A DNA stretch of 64,000 nucleotides, from NCBI GenBank assembly GCA_964016885.1, contig OZ024743.1, positions 224,006,001-224,070,000 of the forward strand, read 5' to 3'. Both the position numbers and the translations under genes were made by a program. Below, piece by piece: positions 30,001 to 42,992 of this stretch (within the stretch, counting starts at the first letter, position 1; each line of letters begins with the position of its first letter). A model generated the notes under the pieces. The model ran no database searches and was not told the origin of the DNA. It worked only from the letters and a program-made list of their open reading frames with translations. The stretch is from Eledone cirrhosa. Lineage: Eukaryota.

Positions 30001-33000
30001 TTGTTATTGGTGTTGATATTGCTGTTGTTGTCGTTGTTATTGGTGTTGATATTGTTGTTGTTGTCGTTGTTATTGGTGGTGATGTTGCTGTTGTTGTCAT
30101 TGTTATTGGTGGTGATATTGTTGTTGTCATTGTTATTGGTGTTGATATTGCTGTTGTTGTCGTTGTTATTGGTATGGATATTGCTGTTGTTGTCGTTGTT
30201 ATTGGTGGTGATGTTGCTGTTGTTGTCGTTGTTATTGGTGTTGATATTGTTGTTGTTGTCATTGTTATAGGTGTTGATATTGTTGTTGTTGTCGTTGTTA
30301 TTGGTGTTGATATTGTTGTTGTTGTCATTGTTATTGGTGTTGATATTGTTGTTCTCATTGTTATTGGTGTTGATATTGTTGTTGTTGTCATTGTTATTGG
30401 TGTTGATATTGTTGTTCTCATTGTTATTGGTGTTGATATTGTTGTTGTTGTCATTGTTATTGGTGTTGATATTGCTGTTGTTGTCATTGTTATTGGTGTT
30501 GATATTGTTGTTGTTGTCGTTGTTATTGGTGGTGATATTGTTGTTGTTGTCATTGTTATTGGTGTTGATATTGTTGTTGTTGTCATTGTTATAGGTGTTG
30601 ATATTGTTGTTGTTGTCGTTGTTATTGGTGTTGATATTGTTGTTGTTGTCATTGTTATTGGTGTTGATATTGTTGTTCTCATTGTTATTGGTGTTGATAT
30701 TGTTGTTGTTGTCATTGTTATTGGTGTTGATATTGCTGTTGTTGTCATTGTTATTGGTGTTGATATTGTTGTTGTTGTCGTTGTTATTGGTGTTGATATT
30801 GTTGTTGTTGTCATTGTTATTGGTGTTGATATTGCTGTTGTTGTCGTTGTTATTGGTGTTGATATTGTTGTTGTTGTCGTTGTTATTGGTATGGATATTG
30901 CTGTTGTTGTCGTTGTTATTGGTGGTGATGTTGCTGTTGTTGTCATTGTTATTGGTGTTGATATTGTTGTTGTTGTCGTTGTTATTGGTGTTGATATTGT
31001 TGTTGTTGTCATTGTTTTTGGTGTTGATATTGTTGTTGTTGTCGTTGTTATTGGTGTTGATATTGTTGTTGTTGTCATTGTTTTTGGTGTTGATATTGTT
31101 GTTGTTGTCGTTGTTATTGGTGGTGATATTGCTGTTGTTGTCATTGTTATTGGTGGTGATATTGCTGTTGTTGTCATTGTTATTGGTGTTGATATTGTTG
31201 TTGTTGTCGTTGTTATTGGTGGTGATATTGCTGTTGTTGTCATTGTTATTGGTGGTGATATTGCTGTTGTTGTCATTGTTATTGGTGTTGATATTGTTGT
31301 TGTTGTCGTTGTTATTGGTGTTGATATTGTTGTTGTTGTCATTGTTTTTGGTGTTGATATTGTTGTTGTTGTCGTTGTTATTGGTGTTGATATTGTTGTT
31401 GTTGTCATTGTTATTGGTGTTGATATTGTTGTTGTTGTCGTTGTTATTGGTGGTGATATTGTTGTTCTCATTGTTATTGGTGTTGATATTGTTGTTGTTG
31501 TCATTGTTATTGGTGTTGATATTGCTGTTGTTGTCATTGTTATTGGTGTTGATATTGTTGTTGTTGTCGTTGTTATTGGTGTTGATATTGTTGTTGTTGT
31601 CATTGTTATTGGTGTTGATATTGTTGTTGTTGTCGTTGTTATTGGTGTTGATATTGTTGTTCTCATTGTTATTGGTGTTGATATTGTTGTTGTTGTCATT
31701 GTTATTGGTGTTGATATTGCTGTTGTTGTCATTGTTATTGGTGTTGATATTGTTGTTGTTGTCGTTGTTATTGGTGTTGATATTGTTGTTGTTGTCATTG
31801 TTATTGGTGTTGATATTGTTGTTGTTGTCATTGTTATTGGTGTTGATATTGTTGTTCTCATTGTTATTGGTGTTGATATTGTTGTTGTTGTCATTGTTAT
31901 TGGTGTTGATATTGCTGTTGTTGTCATTGTTATTGGTGTTGATATTGTTGTTGTTGTCGTTGTTATTGGTGTTGATATTGTTGTTGTTGTCATTGTTATT
32001 GGTGTTGATATTGTTGTTGTTGTCATTGTTATTGGTGTTGATATTGTTGTTCTCATTGTTATTGGTGTTGATATTGTTGTTGTTGTCATTGTTATTGGTG
32101 TTGAAATTACTGTTGTTGTCGTTGTTATTGGTGTTGATATTGCTGTTGTTGTCATTGTTATTGGTGGTGATATTGCTGTTGTTGTCGTTGTTATTGGTGG
32201 TGATATTGTTGTTGTTGTCATTGTTATTGGTGTTGATATTGTTGTTGTTGTCATTTTTATTGGTGGTGATATTGTTGTTGTTGTCGTTGTTATTGGTGTT
32301 GATATTGCTGTTGTTATCATTGTTATTGGTGTTGATATTGTTGTTGTTGTCATTGTTATTGTTGTTGATATTGTTGTTGTTGTCGTTGTTATTGGTGTTG
32401 ATATTGTTGTTGTCGTCATTTTTATTGGTGGTGATATTGTTGTTGTTGTCGTTGTTATTGGTGGTGATATTGCTGTTGTTATCATTGTTATTGGTGTTGA
32501 TATTGGTGTTGTTATCATTGTTATTGGTGTTGATATTGTTGTTGTTGTCATTGTTATTGGTGTTGATATTGCTGTTGTTGTCGTTGTTATTGGTGTTGAT
32601 ATTGCTGTTGTTGTCATTGTTATTGTTGTTGATATTGTTGTTGTTGTCGTTGTTGTTGGTGTTGATATTGCTGTTGTTGTCATTGTTATTGTTGTTGATA
32701 TTGCTGTTGTTGTCATTGTTATTGGTGTTGATATTGCTGTTGTTGTCATTGTTATTGTTGTTGATATTGCTGTTGTTGTCGTTGTTATTGGTGTTGATAT
32801 TGCTGTTGTTGTCATTGTTATTGGTGTTGATATTGCTGTTGTTGTCGTTGTTATTGGTGTTGATATTGCTGTTGTTGTCATTGTTATTGGTGTTGATATT
32901 GTTGTTGTTGTCGTTGTTGTTGGTGTTGATATTGTTGTTGTTGTCGTTGTTATTGGTGGTGATATTGTTGTTGTTGTCGTTGTTATTGGTGTTGATATTG

Positions 33001-34340
33001 CTGTTGTTGTCGTTGTTATTGGTGTTGATATTGCTGTTGTTGTCATTGTTATTGTTGTTGATATTGCTGTTGTTGTCATTGTTATTGGTGTTGATATTGT
33101 TGTTGTTGTCGTTGTTGTTGGTGTTGATATTGTTGTTGTTGTCGTTGTTATTGGTGTTGATATTGCTGTTGTTGTCGTTGTTATTGGTGTTGATATTGCT
33201 GTTGTTGTCATTGTTATTGTTGTTGATATTGCTGTTGTTGTCATTGTTATTGTTGTTGATATTGCTGTTGTTGTCATTGTTATTGGTGTTGATATTGTTG
33301 TTGTTGTCGTTGTTGTTGGTGTTGATATTGTTGTTGCTGTCGTTGTTATTGGTGGTGATATTGTTGTTGTTGTCGTTGTTATTGGTGTTGATGTTGTTGT
33401 TGTCGTTGTTATTGGTGTTGATATTGCTGTTGTTATCATTGTTATTGGTGGTGATATTGCTGTTGTTGTCATTGTTATTGGTGTTGATATTGTTGTTGTT
33501 GTCGTTGTTGTTGGTGTTGATATTGTTGTTGTTGTCGTTGTTATTGGTGGTGATATTGCTGTTGTTGTCGTTGTTATTGGTGTTGATATTGTTGTTGTCA
33601 TTGTTATTGGTGTTGATATTGTTGTTGTTGTCATTGTTATTGGTGGTGATATTGTTGTTGTTGTCGTTGTTATTGGTGGTGATATTGTTGTTGTTGTTGT
33701 TGTTGTTATTGGTGTTGATATTGCTGTTGTTGTCGTTCTTATTGGTGGTGATATTGTTGTTGTTGTCATTGTTATTGCTGGTGATATTGTTGTTGTTGTC
33801 GTTCTTATTGGTGGTGATATTGCTGTTGTTGTCATTGTTATTGTTGTTGATATTGTTGTTGTTGTCGTTGTTGTTGGTGTTGATATTGCTGTTGTTGTCA
33901 TTGTTATTGGTGGTGATATTGTTGTTGTTGTCATTGTTATTGGTGGTGATATTGTTGTTGTTGTCATTTTTATTGGTGGTGATATTGTTGTTGTTGTCGT
34001 TGTTATTGGTGTTGATATTGGTGTTGTTATTGGTGTTGATATTGTTGTTGTTGTCATTGTTATTGGTGGTGATATTTTTGTTGTCGTCATTTTTATTGGT
34101 GGTGATATTGTTGTTGTTGTCGTTGTTATTGGTGTTGATATTGGTGTTGTTATTGGTGGTGATATTGTTGTTGTTGTCATTGTTATTGGTGGTGATATTT
34201 TTGTTGTCGTCATTTTTATTGGTGGTGATATTGTTGTTGTTGTCGTTGTTATTGGTGTTGATATTGGTGTTGTTATTGGTGTTGATATTGTTGTTGTTGT
34301 CGTTGTTATTGGTGTTAATATTGTTGTTGTCGTCATGTTT
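1..34340. repeat. 33-bp satellite array (about 1000 units), consensus GTTGATATTG(C/T)TGTTGTTGTC(A/G)TTGTTATTGGT, open at the left edge of the window
   Basis: Unit is directly visible throughout. Variants of 21, 30 and 36 bp occur. The + strand is almost entirely G/T. Confidence 0.98.
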
Positions 34341-34418
34341 ATTGGTGTCGTGACATTGCTATTGTTGCTATTGGTGACGTTGCTAGTGCTGTTGTTGGTA
34401 ATGATGATGACGATGATA

Positions 34419-34466
<48 letters not shown>

Positions 34467-34642
34467 TTGTTGATGGTGATGATGGTGGTGGTGATGAAGT
34501 TGGTGGTGGTGTTGAAGTTGGTGGTGGTGGTGGTGTTGGTAGCGGTGGTGTTGGTGGTAGCGGTGGTCTTGGTGGTGATGACAATGATGATAATGGTGAC
34601 GAAGGTGGTAGTGGTGTTGGTGGTGTTGCTGCTGCTGCTGTT

Positions 34643-34673
<31 letters not shown>

Positions 34674-34990
34674 CAACGATGATGATGACGGTGGTGGTGG
34701 TGTGATGATGATGACGATGATGATGGTGGTGGTGGTGGTGATGATTAGGATGATGATGATGACGGTGATGATGTTGATGATGATGGTGATGATGATGATA
34801 TTATTGCTGCTGCAGCTGCTGCTGCTGTTGATCGGGATGTTGTTGTTGTTGTTGTTACTATTGTTGCTAATGATGTTAATATTGATGTTGCTGTTACTGA
34901 TATGTTTAGCTACTGCTGTTGTTGTTAGGATACCCTTGTTGTTGTAGTTGTTGTTGTTGCCGTAGTAGATGGTGCTGTTACTATTGCTGC
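34341..34990. repeat. Compound trinucleotide microsatellite (GAT)n/(GGT)n/(GTT)n/(GCT)n at the end of the satellite
   Basis: Pure (GAT)n runs near 34420-34465 and 34642-34672, mixed triplets elsewhere. Confidence 0.95.
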
Positions 34991-34994
34991 TGAG

Positions 34995-35260
34995 AGGGCA
35001 CATGTCTTAGTGGTTAAGCTGTTGGGCGTAAAGTCGTGAGTTGCATTTCCCGGGTCAGGCGGCTCGTTGTATCCTTGAGCTGTACCTGTCATTCAATGGG
35101 TCACCCTTGTCACATACTGTATCACTCTGAATGTCCCTAGAAATACACGTTCAGCATACACGTCTCTATAGAATTCTCAGTCTCATTTGCTCGTTAATTT
35201 CACGAGAAAGCTGTTCCCTTGAACAACCGGAACACTCATCCTCAAAACCAAAGGAGGTCT
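34995..35260 (+). mobile_element. Decayed tRNA-derived SINE with CORE-like segment
   Basis: A-box-like TGTCTTAGTGGTTAAG, then GTATCCTTGAGC (CORE-like), followed by a (CA)n tract. Resembles an octopus SINE from memory. Confidence 0.6.
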
Positions 35261-35261
35261 A

Positions 35262-35405
35262 ACACATAGACACACACAGATACACAGACACACAGATACA
35301 CAGACACACAGACACACAGACACACAGAAACCCCCCCCCCCCCACACACACACACAGATACACACACACACACACACACACAGATACACACACAGACACA
35401 CACAC
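35262..35405. repeat. (CA)n/(CAGA)n microsatellite with poly-C
   Basis: Direct reading. Confidence 0.9.
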
Positions 35406-35744
35406 TATTTATGTTGTTCTTGTTTTGCCCCAGGTTGTCACTGATTGAGCAAAACTTTGCTCAAATACATTTCAATGATGACCATTCTCTCTTTAGTTCA
35501 AATTCTGGAGAGAACATTGTGCATCTAAGACTACACAAATGTATTCTTTACAACAACAAAAAAAGGTGTAGGGAGCTGGATTTGTCATGTGTTTTTTTTT
35601 TGCGTTTTAGGTTAGCTTTAAGGAAAGTTTGGGAAAGCCCTTGCAGTCCGATCCGTTATTTCTATAGGATTTGTTCCCTTTGGAAATATATGACTTGAAT
35701 TTTGTGAATAACAATATAAACATGCAAATACTTATACTAATAAT

Positions 35745-36050
35745 GGTTTTTGATTTAGGCAAAAGGTCAACAATTTTAAAGGAAAGAATGTCGATTAAAT
35801 CGACCCCAATACTTGAATTTAATTTTATGGGATAAAGAATAAAAGTCGAAGTTGACTTCGGCAGGATTTAGTGATTTCTAACGTAGTCAGAAGGCCACAC
35901 ATTTAGAAGTAAGGTTTGAGTCTTTCAAATTGATCGCATTACTTATATGATATTTTATCGACTAATAAAAATAAAAATAAAAGTTGATCGCGACAGTATT
36001 TGAACTTAGAAAGTAAAGAGCCGAAACAGATAACGCAAAATATTTTGTTA
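35745..36050 (-). mobile_element. Two adjacent old copies of the abundant SINE family (same family as 41851-42026)
   Basis: Degenerate matches to TTTAGGCACAAGGCC...ATCGACCCC...GTTGACCTCGGCAGGATTTGAACT. Confidence 0.6.
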
Positions 36051-36249
36051 ATCTATCTATCTATATGCTACTAAAACTCTGTGATTTTGTGCCTGTCTAT
36101 TATTTAATACAGCCAAAACGGCGCATAATGCGAAAATACTTTGAAAGGAAGTTGCCCCTGAAATGGTAATACAAATGGAATAAAATAAATTTCGCATAAA
36201 TCAGAGCACGGGTTCCCGAGCTACGGGCTTTTTCAGGGTGCCTTCATAA

Positions 36250-37379
<1,130 letters not shown>

Positions 37380-37424
37380 TTAAATTCAAATATTAATAAA
37401 ATAGATGTTCTTGTGATCAATTAA

Positions 37425-37490
37425 ATTTTATTATACATATTTCAGAGGTACTTGAATAAAGTTCAATAGTACGTCCTCATCAGATAAAAT
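37425..37490 (-). ncRNA. Type I hammerhead ribozyme motif
   Basis: Minus strand reads ATTTTAT-CTGATGA-GGACGTAC...GTACCTCT-GAAA-TATGTA-TA-ATAAAAT. Stem I is 7 bp. Confidence 0.75.
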
Positions 37491-38317
37491 AAAATGATAC
37501 ATGACATACCCTGACATGTTAAATGGTTAAGATTTAATCAAGGTAGTGATTAACTTGTAAGAAAACTCAATATTTATACCCTACAAATGAGAACATGCGA
37601 AAACGTAATAGAATCAATAGAGAGAGTGTGAGTAAGAAAAAGATTGCTTTAATATAACAGTTATAGAGTTATTAATGTTTTAAATACTAGTGTAAGACTA
37701 TAGAGGAAGACTATAGATATCTGGAGTTATAATTTTTTTAGTTTTTAGTTTGAGAATGCAACTGATAGATAATTAAAGAGAGAGAGATAAAGGGGAGTAA
37801 TTTATGCACAAATATTCTTCAGACACATATAAACATATATAGCCTTGGCGGTTAAGTTTCAAAATATTTAATTTATGTTATTTTAGGGTATTAGGGTAAC
37901 GAATCAAAATTATAGGTTTTAAAAGTTGATGGTTATTTGTGTTATAAATTTTATAAATTTTATAAATGTGTTAAATTTCTAAAATTCAAAGTTTTATGAA
38001 ATCAAATTTAAAGGATTTACTAGGCCCACGAAAGAAAAATATATACTGTTCAATATTCACGCAAAGGTAATCTTTAACAATATTATTTGTAACAGTGTCA
38101 ACATTTTCCATATGTATTTACAGTTATAATTATCAAGGAATTAATTGTTAAATAGTTATAGTGTCTAAGGTATAACAATTAAACCAAAGTTTTCAGCAGT
38201 AAATATATATATATGTGTGCATTGATCTTAATAAGAGGACTATAAATTATTATTTTTATTATCTATTCATATATTAAATATTAGATCATTACATTAGTCC
38301 ACCCTTCTAGGGAAGAA

Positions 38318-38538
38318 CCGAACTCTAATTATGATTATGTCAATATACAATATAAATATATATATATTTGGACAAGCTATATATAGAGTTATACTGAACT
38401 AAAATTATGATTGTGTTATTATACATTATAAACGTATTTGCACAAAACTATGTACAGAGATATACCGAACTATAGTTATGATTATGTTATTATAAAATAT
38501 AAACATATTTGCACCAACTACGTATAGAGAGATATACT
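38318..38538. repeat. Three diverged tandem copies of an approximately 71-bp unit (CCGAACTA..TTATGATTATGT...TATTTGCAC..AACTA.GTA.AGAG)
   Basis: Motif recurs near 38318, 38394 and 38464. Confidence 0.75.
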
Positions 38539-39110
38539 AAGTATTAATGAGACAGTATACATTTAGTAAAGGATAACGGTTATAATCTTAGATAATAGAT
38601 TCATACATGCATAACTATAAAATGCATAGATATATATAAAAAATGTAAACGCATGAATGATCCACAGTTCAAAATAAGGTCAGTAAAAATTTACAGGTTA
38701 GATATCAAAACTATATTTAAAACAGAGATAGAAAATAAAGATCTGGATCAAAGTTAATAATATCAAAAAGCCATAGGTTATGTATATCAACCTGCCAACA
38801 TGTTCTTAAACAAGTGTCATTCATTCAACGTTGTTTCCATTATAAATGATTAGAAGATTAAGCATTATTAAAGTTTTATAAGCCATTATGATTTATATTT
38901 TCAACAATTGATGATGTACGTCTAAAACCCAGGCTTGGTTGGTTACTGTTTTTTCCTGACCTTATGCGAGGCTTGGAATGTAGACAAAGCTTTATGAAGG
39001 CAGTTTGAATTTAATATTAATAACTCTGGAAAATATCTTTCTGTAGAGTGCTTTCAATCTACTGTAAAACTCATTCTTTGATGTACTCATTGAATCTTGT
39101 TTAACTCTTT

Positions 39111-39421
<311 letters not shown>

Positions 39422-40379
39422 GCCTGCCAATTTCATTTTACATTATATACATGTCTGTGTATATTTTGATTATTCAAAAATTATTTAAAGATTATTTTCA
39501 AGTGAACATGACGCAACGGGTCACGGGTGGTTTAGTTTCTAATATAAACGAAAAGCCACTCATTTATGGAAATGTGGGATAATTTTATAGATCGACATAT
39601 GAAAATAATCTCGCAATGGCCTGCTTGGATGCGAGAGTCAATCGGTAGCCCGGTTTAATACCACTACCGCCAATCTCACCCTTCAATACATTATAAAATA
39701 TAAAGAACTGTGCTGATAGTGACGGTATGTTGACTTGAAAGGCATATTTGTTTTTATGTTTTTATTAGTTAATAGGAGATTAGTGAGTGTTAGGATTTAG
39801 AGTTTAGGGTTTAGGTTTAGGGTAGGTCTAGGGATTAAATCTTGAATCAGCTACTGTTAATTCGAGATCGTCTTTATAGTTGGGTATATTGGTATTTCAT
39901 TTGACATATACACAATGTACACTATTTTCCCCAGTCGAATTCCTCCTCTAACTAATATTCCTTTCAGTAAAAATCTTCCTCTGAAAGCTAAGTATCTCCC
40001 ATTTCAGAATAACTGGGTTTGATTTAATGGTTAGCATTAGTGTATGCGAGGTTAACATTAGGGAGTTAATGTTCCTAATATTGCATGTTTGGAGATTAGA
40101 TTTGAATAAAAATTGAATTCTGGCAATAATTGTAATTTCCAATGTTTAAAACATAGAAATTGAAAAGATTTTTTCGAACAAACTAAAAAATATTTAAAGT
40201 GTTACTGAGTAATTGCATAACTCTGTCTCCGTTTATTTTCTATTATTATTATTATTATTTTTTTGTTTTTTGTTCATTTTCAAATATATATTTCAAACTA
40301 TTTTCGTAACAGAATCAACGTCTTTTGAAATTATTCTGCTACTTTTAATAAAATCTATTTGCTAACCCTGCGGCTGTCA

Positions 40380-41340
40380 CTGAAATTTCGTAAGTACCCG
40401 TAAAATGAGAATCTTTTGTTTTCCTTCTTCTGTCACTCCACAGTTGTCAGCAAACAGGCCCCTTTCATTTAATATTTTTATATTTCCTTTTTTTTGTAAC
40501 TCGTGATAATGCAACATACATCTGACCATGTGAGAAGAATTGTGTTGGTAGATATACACCTATCTTTTCAAATGTCTGCCCTTGTGCCTTGTTGCGTGTA
40601 AGGGCAAAGGCTGGTTTGACAGGAAATTGTTTACGAGTAAAGGTGAAAGGGAACTCAAGCTCTTGAAATACATGTGGTATCCATGGGATTAGCAACCTTG
40701 TTCCAACATTGGGACCCAATGCCACTTCAGCTTCAATTACATGATTATGTAAACTGATGATGATGTAGCGTGTACCATTGCAATGCCCGTTTAGAGGATC
40801 CAGATTTCTCAGAAGCATGATGCAACTACCTTTCTTCAGTTTAAGTATGTGTGTTGGGAAGCCTGATGGGGTAAGTTTGTTGATGAACTCAATTGGATAT
40901 TGCAGTTCATTATCTACTCTATCAGAGCTTCTGTAGATTATTTCATGACCAGGGAACTTGTTGACCATGAACTGATTCACCAATCTTGCTGCATCATTTG
41001 TTGGAGTGATAGTGGCTCTATTTGCAGGCCATAGTGGGTTTGTGTAGTTTCCTGGAAGATTTGTATACACAAAATCACACAGTCCAGACACATTACCATA
41101 TTCCAGACAAAGTTTATTTGGCAGAAGAATTGTGAATTCACCTACAGTTGGAACAGTTGGAATGTTACCATTTCCCACATCAAGAAGGTAGTTTGCAAAC
41201 TGTCTTTCATCAGAATCCTCTGCATTAATTAACCGTTGATTGGTTGTCATCTCCATGGTTTCCACATAGTCCCAGAGATAGGATATCTTGATGGTTGCCT
41301 CAACTATTTGTGGTCTAGCATGACGTAAACTGGAATAATT
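40380..41340 (-). pseudogene. Helitron RepHel fragment: C-terminal PIF1-family helicase, 5'-truncated and frameshifted
   Basis: ORF 40465-41265 has IMLLRNLDP..GHCNGTR, RKQFPVKPAFALTRNKAQGQT and FSHGQMYVALSRV, the PIF1/Helitron helicase motifs IV-VI. Confidence 0.92.
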
Positions 41341-41350
41341 TATATATATA

Positions 41351-41490
41351 TTCGCGCATGTGCAGTACAGACCGGCCTTCGCGCATGCACAGTACGGACC
41401 AGCCTTCGCGCATGCGCAGTACGGACCAGCCTTCGCGCATGCGCAATACGGACCAGCCTTCGCGCATGCGCAGTACGGACCAGACTTCGC
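41351..41490. repeat. Five tandem copies of 27-bp TTCGCGCATGCGCAGTACGGACCAGCC
   Basis: Starts at 41351, 41378, 41405, 41432 and 41459. Flanked by short (TA)n. Confidence 0.95.
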
Positions 41491-41755
41491 CTATATATAT
41501 GTCTATGTATGAATAGATATATTTGTGTGTCCGTTAAGTGTATTATTGCATTTTATGAATTACCAAGAATTTACTTCATCCGGAGAGGATTAATAATAGC
41601 TTCACTAACTTCGGAAGACGATTTGTGTGTAGTGTGGTATGTATGTGTGTGTGTATATATGAATATATATATGTGTGTGTGTGTCTGCATCAGACATAAT
41701 TTATATGCTATTACATTTATAGATATCTAATCAATGGGCGTACAACAGTGCTTAA

Positions 41756-42447
41756 TCTAAACTATAATAAAGTAAGAAGTGCGGGACTGTGTACGATCTA
41801 TAATTTTTTATCCTCCTTAGTAAAATAAGTTGCATTACTTTGAATAAATAATTGTTTCTACTTTAGGCACAAGGCCAGCAATTATCCAGTGCATTACTGG
41901 TACTTTATTTTATCGACCCCGTAAGGATGAAAGGCAAAGTCAACCTCGGCGGGATTTGAACTCAGATCGTAAAGGGACGTAACTATGCTGGAAAGCATGG
42001 CGTCCGACCCTCTACCGATGCTGCCATACTTTGAATAAATAATGAATGAATATTACATAATTTATCTACTAAATTTCGTGGCTGTTCATTAAATATATTT
42101 TATTACTTATTTATAGATTCACTTCTTTAAAATTTTCAAATGTCAACACTTCCGGTTAGCGATCGTTTAAATAAATATTCATATATTTCTGTTACTAATT
42201 TTCTCCTAATGCAGTTTATATATAATATCGTCTTTTTTAAATGTATCATGGATTACGTTACTGATTACATAAGACAGTGTAACACAATCTTCGTTCAATT
42301 TCTGTGTATATTGTCAATTAAGATTTTATTTGATATATCATATCTACATGCATATATACTAGCATATATATTATACTAGCGTATAATATCAATATACACA
42401 CTACACATACTAGCAGAAAACCACCCGAGGGGTGGTTTTTCTGCTAA
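41756..42447 (+). mobile_element. Non-autonomous Helitron-like element, copy 1 (interrupted by a SINE)
   Basis: 5' A|TCTAAACTATAATAAAG. 3' hairpin CTAGCAGAAAACCACCC-GAG-GGGTGGTTTTTCTGCTAA|T. Inverted homologue at 47863-48351. Confidence 0.7.
41851..42026 (-). mobile_element. tRNA-derived SINE with TSD TACTTTGAATAAATA
   Basis: Reverse-complement B-box GGGATTTGAACTC. TSD at 41836-41850 and 42027-42041. Homologous copies at 56591, 58175, 49467 and 61050. Confidence 0.85.
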
Positions 42448-42477
42448 TTATATTAAATGAGTTTTTTTATAAAAGAG

Positions 42478-42742
42478 TTTAGTGAATTGGTCACAGGGTT
42501 ATTTACTTTGGTAAACGCCACTGCAGGCCAACCACTAATTAAATTCGATACAGATATAATAAGGTTAACAAACTCACTCGTGAGTGAACTGTCCGAGAGC
42601 CGGTCGCCAAATAAGCTAAGATGTCTCTTTTCTCCCTCCTTTATAATCCCTAGACCGGAAGTTCAAGGAATCTTCTAAAATTCAACGGGAAGTAACTCCA
42701 ATTAGTTTTTTCTCCCCGGGCAAGGTGGCGCTAGTCGCTACA
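42478..42742 (-). repeat. 3' LTR
   Basis: About 5 substitutions and one 2-bp indel versus 46957-47223. Confidence 0.95.
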
Positions 42743-42756
42743 AGGCTCCCCTCCAG
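42743..42756 (-). promoter_or_regulatory. Polypurine tract
   Basis: Minus strand CTGGAGGGGAGCCT lies immediately before the 3' LTR. Confidence 0.85.
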
Positions 42757-42992
42757 ACGATACTCGATAATAACCGTAAGGTCATTGTAGAGAGGAGCCG
42801 TAGAATAAGGAGCAAGCAAAACAAAAGGTACATAAATTACAATGGTTTGTAACAGAAGCAAGGTATTAAAATAAACATGCAGCAAAATGTAACCGGAACA
42901 ATACAATTCAAAACAGTACAAGGGAGCAAGGAAAATAGTGCTCAAAATAAATTTAAAATTTCTCAAAGTCAAATAGTTAATGCTACTAGGGG

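Noticed and set aside
19343-34336. 4997-aa and other giant poly-L/V/T/N ORFs in the satellite
   Set aside because: They are open on both strands and in several frames because the triplet repeat lacks stops. They switch register at indels and have no unique domain.
1-34340. CRISPR-like regular array
   Set aside because: No unique spacers, no cas genes, eukaryotic context.
36050-36240. Possible small Helitron-like element (TCTATATGCTACTAAAAC... GC-rich hairpin)
   Set aside because: No clear CTAG end and no second copy in the window.
39790-39835. Telomere-like TTTAGGG repeats
   Set aside because: Only a few degenerate units, common inside invertebrate repeats, and not a telomere.
40465-41265. 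Host PIF1 helicase gene
   Set aside because: Intronless, truncated and frameshifted, with motif style matching Helitron helicases.
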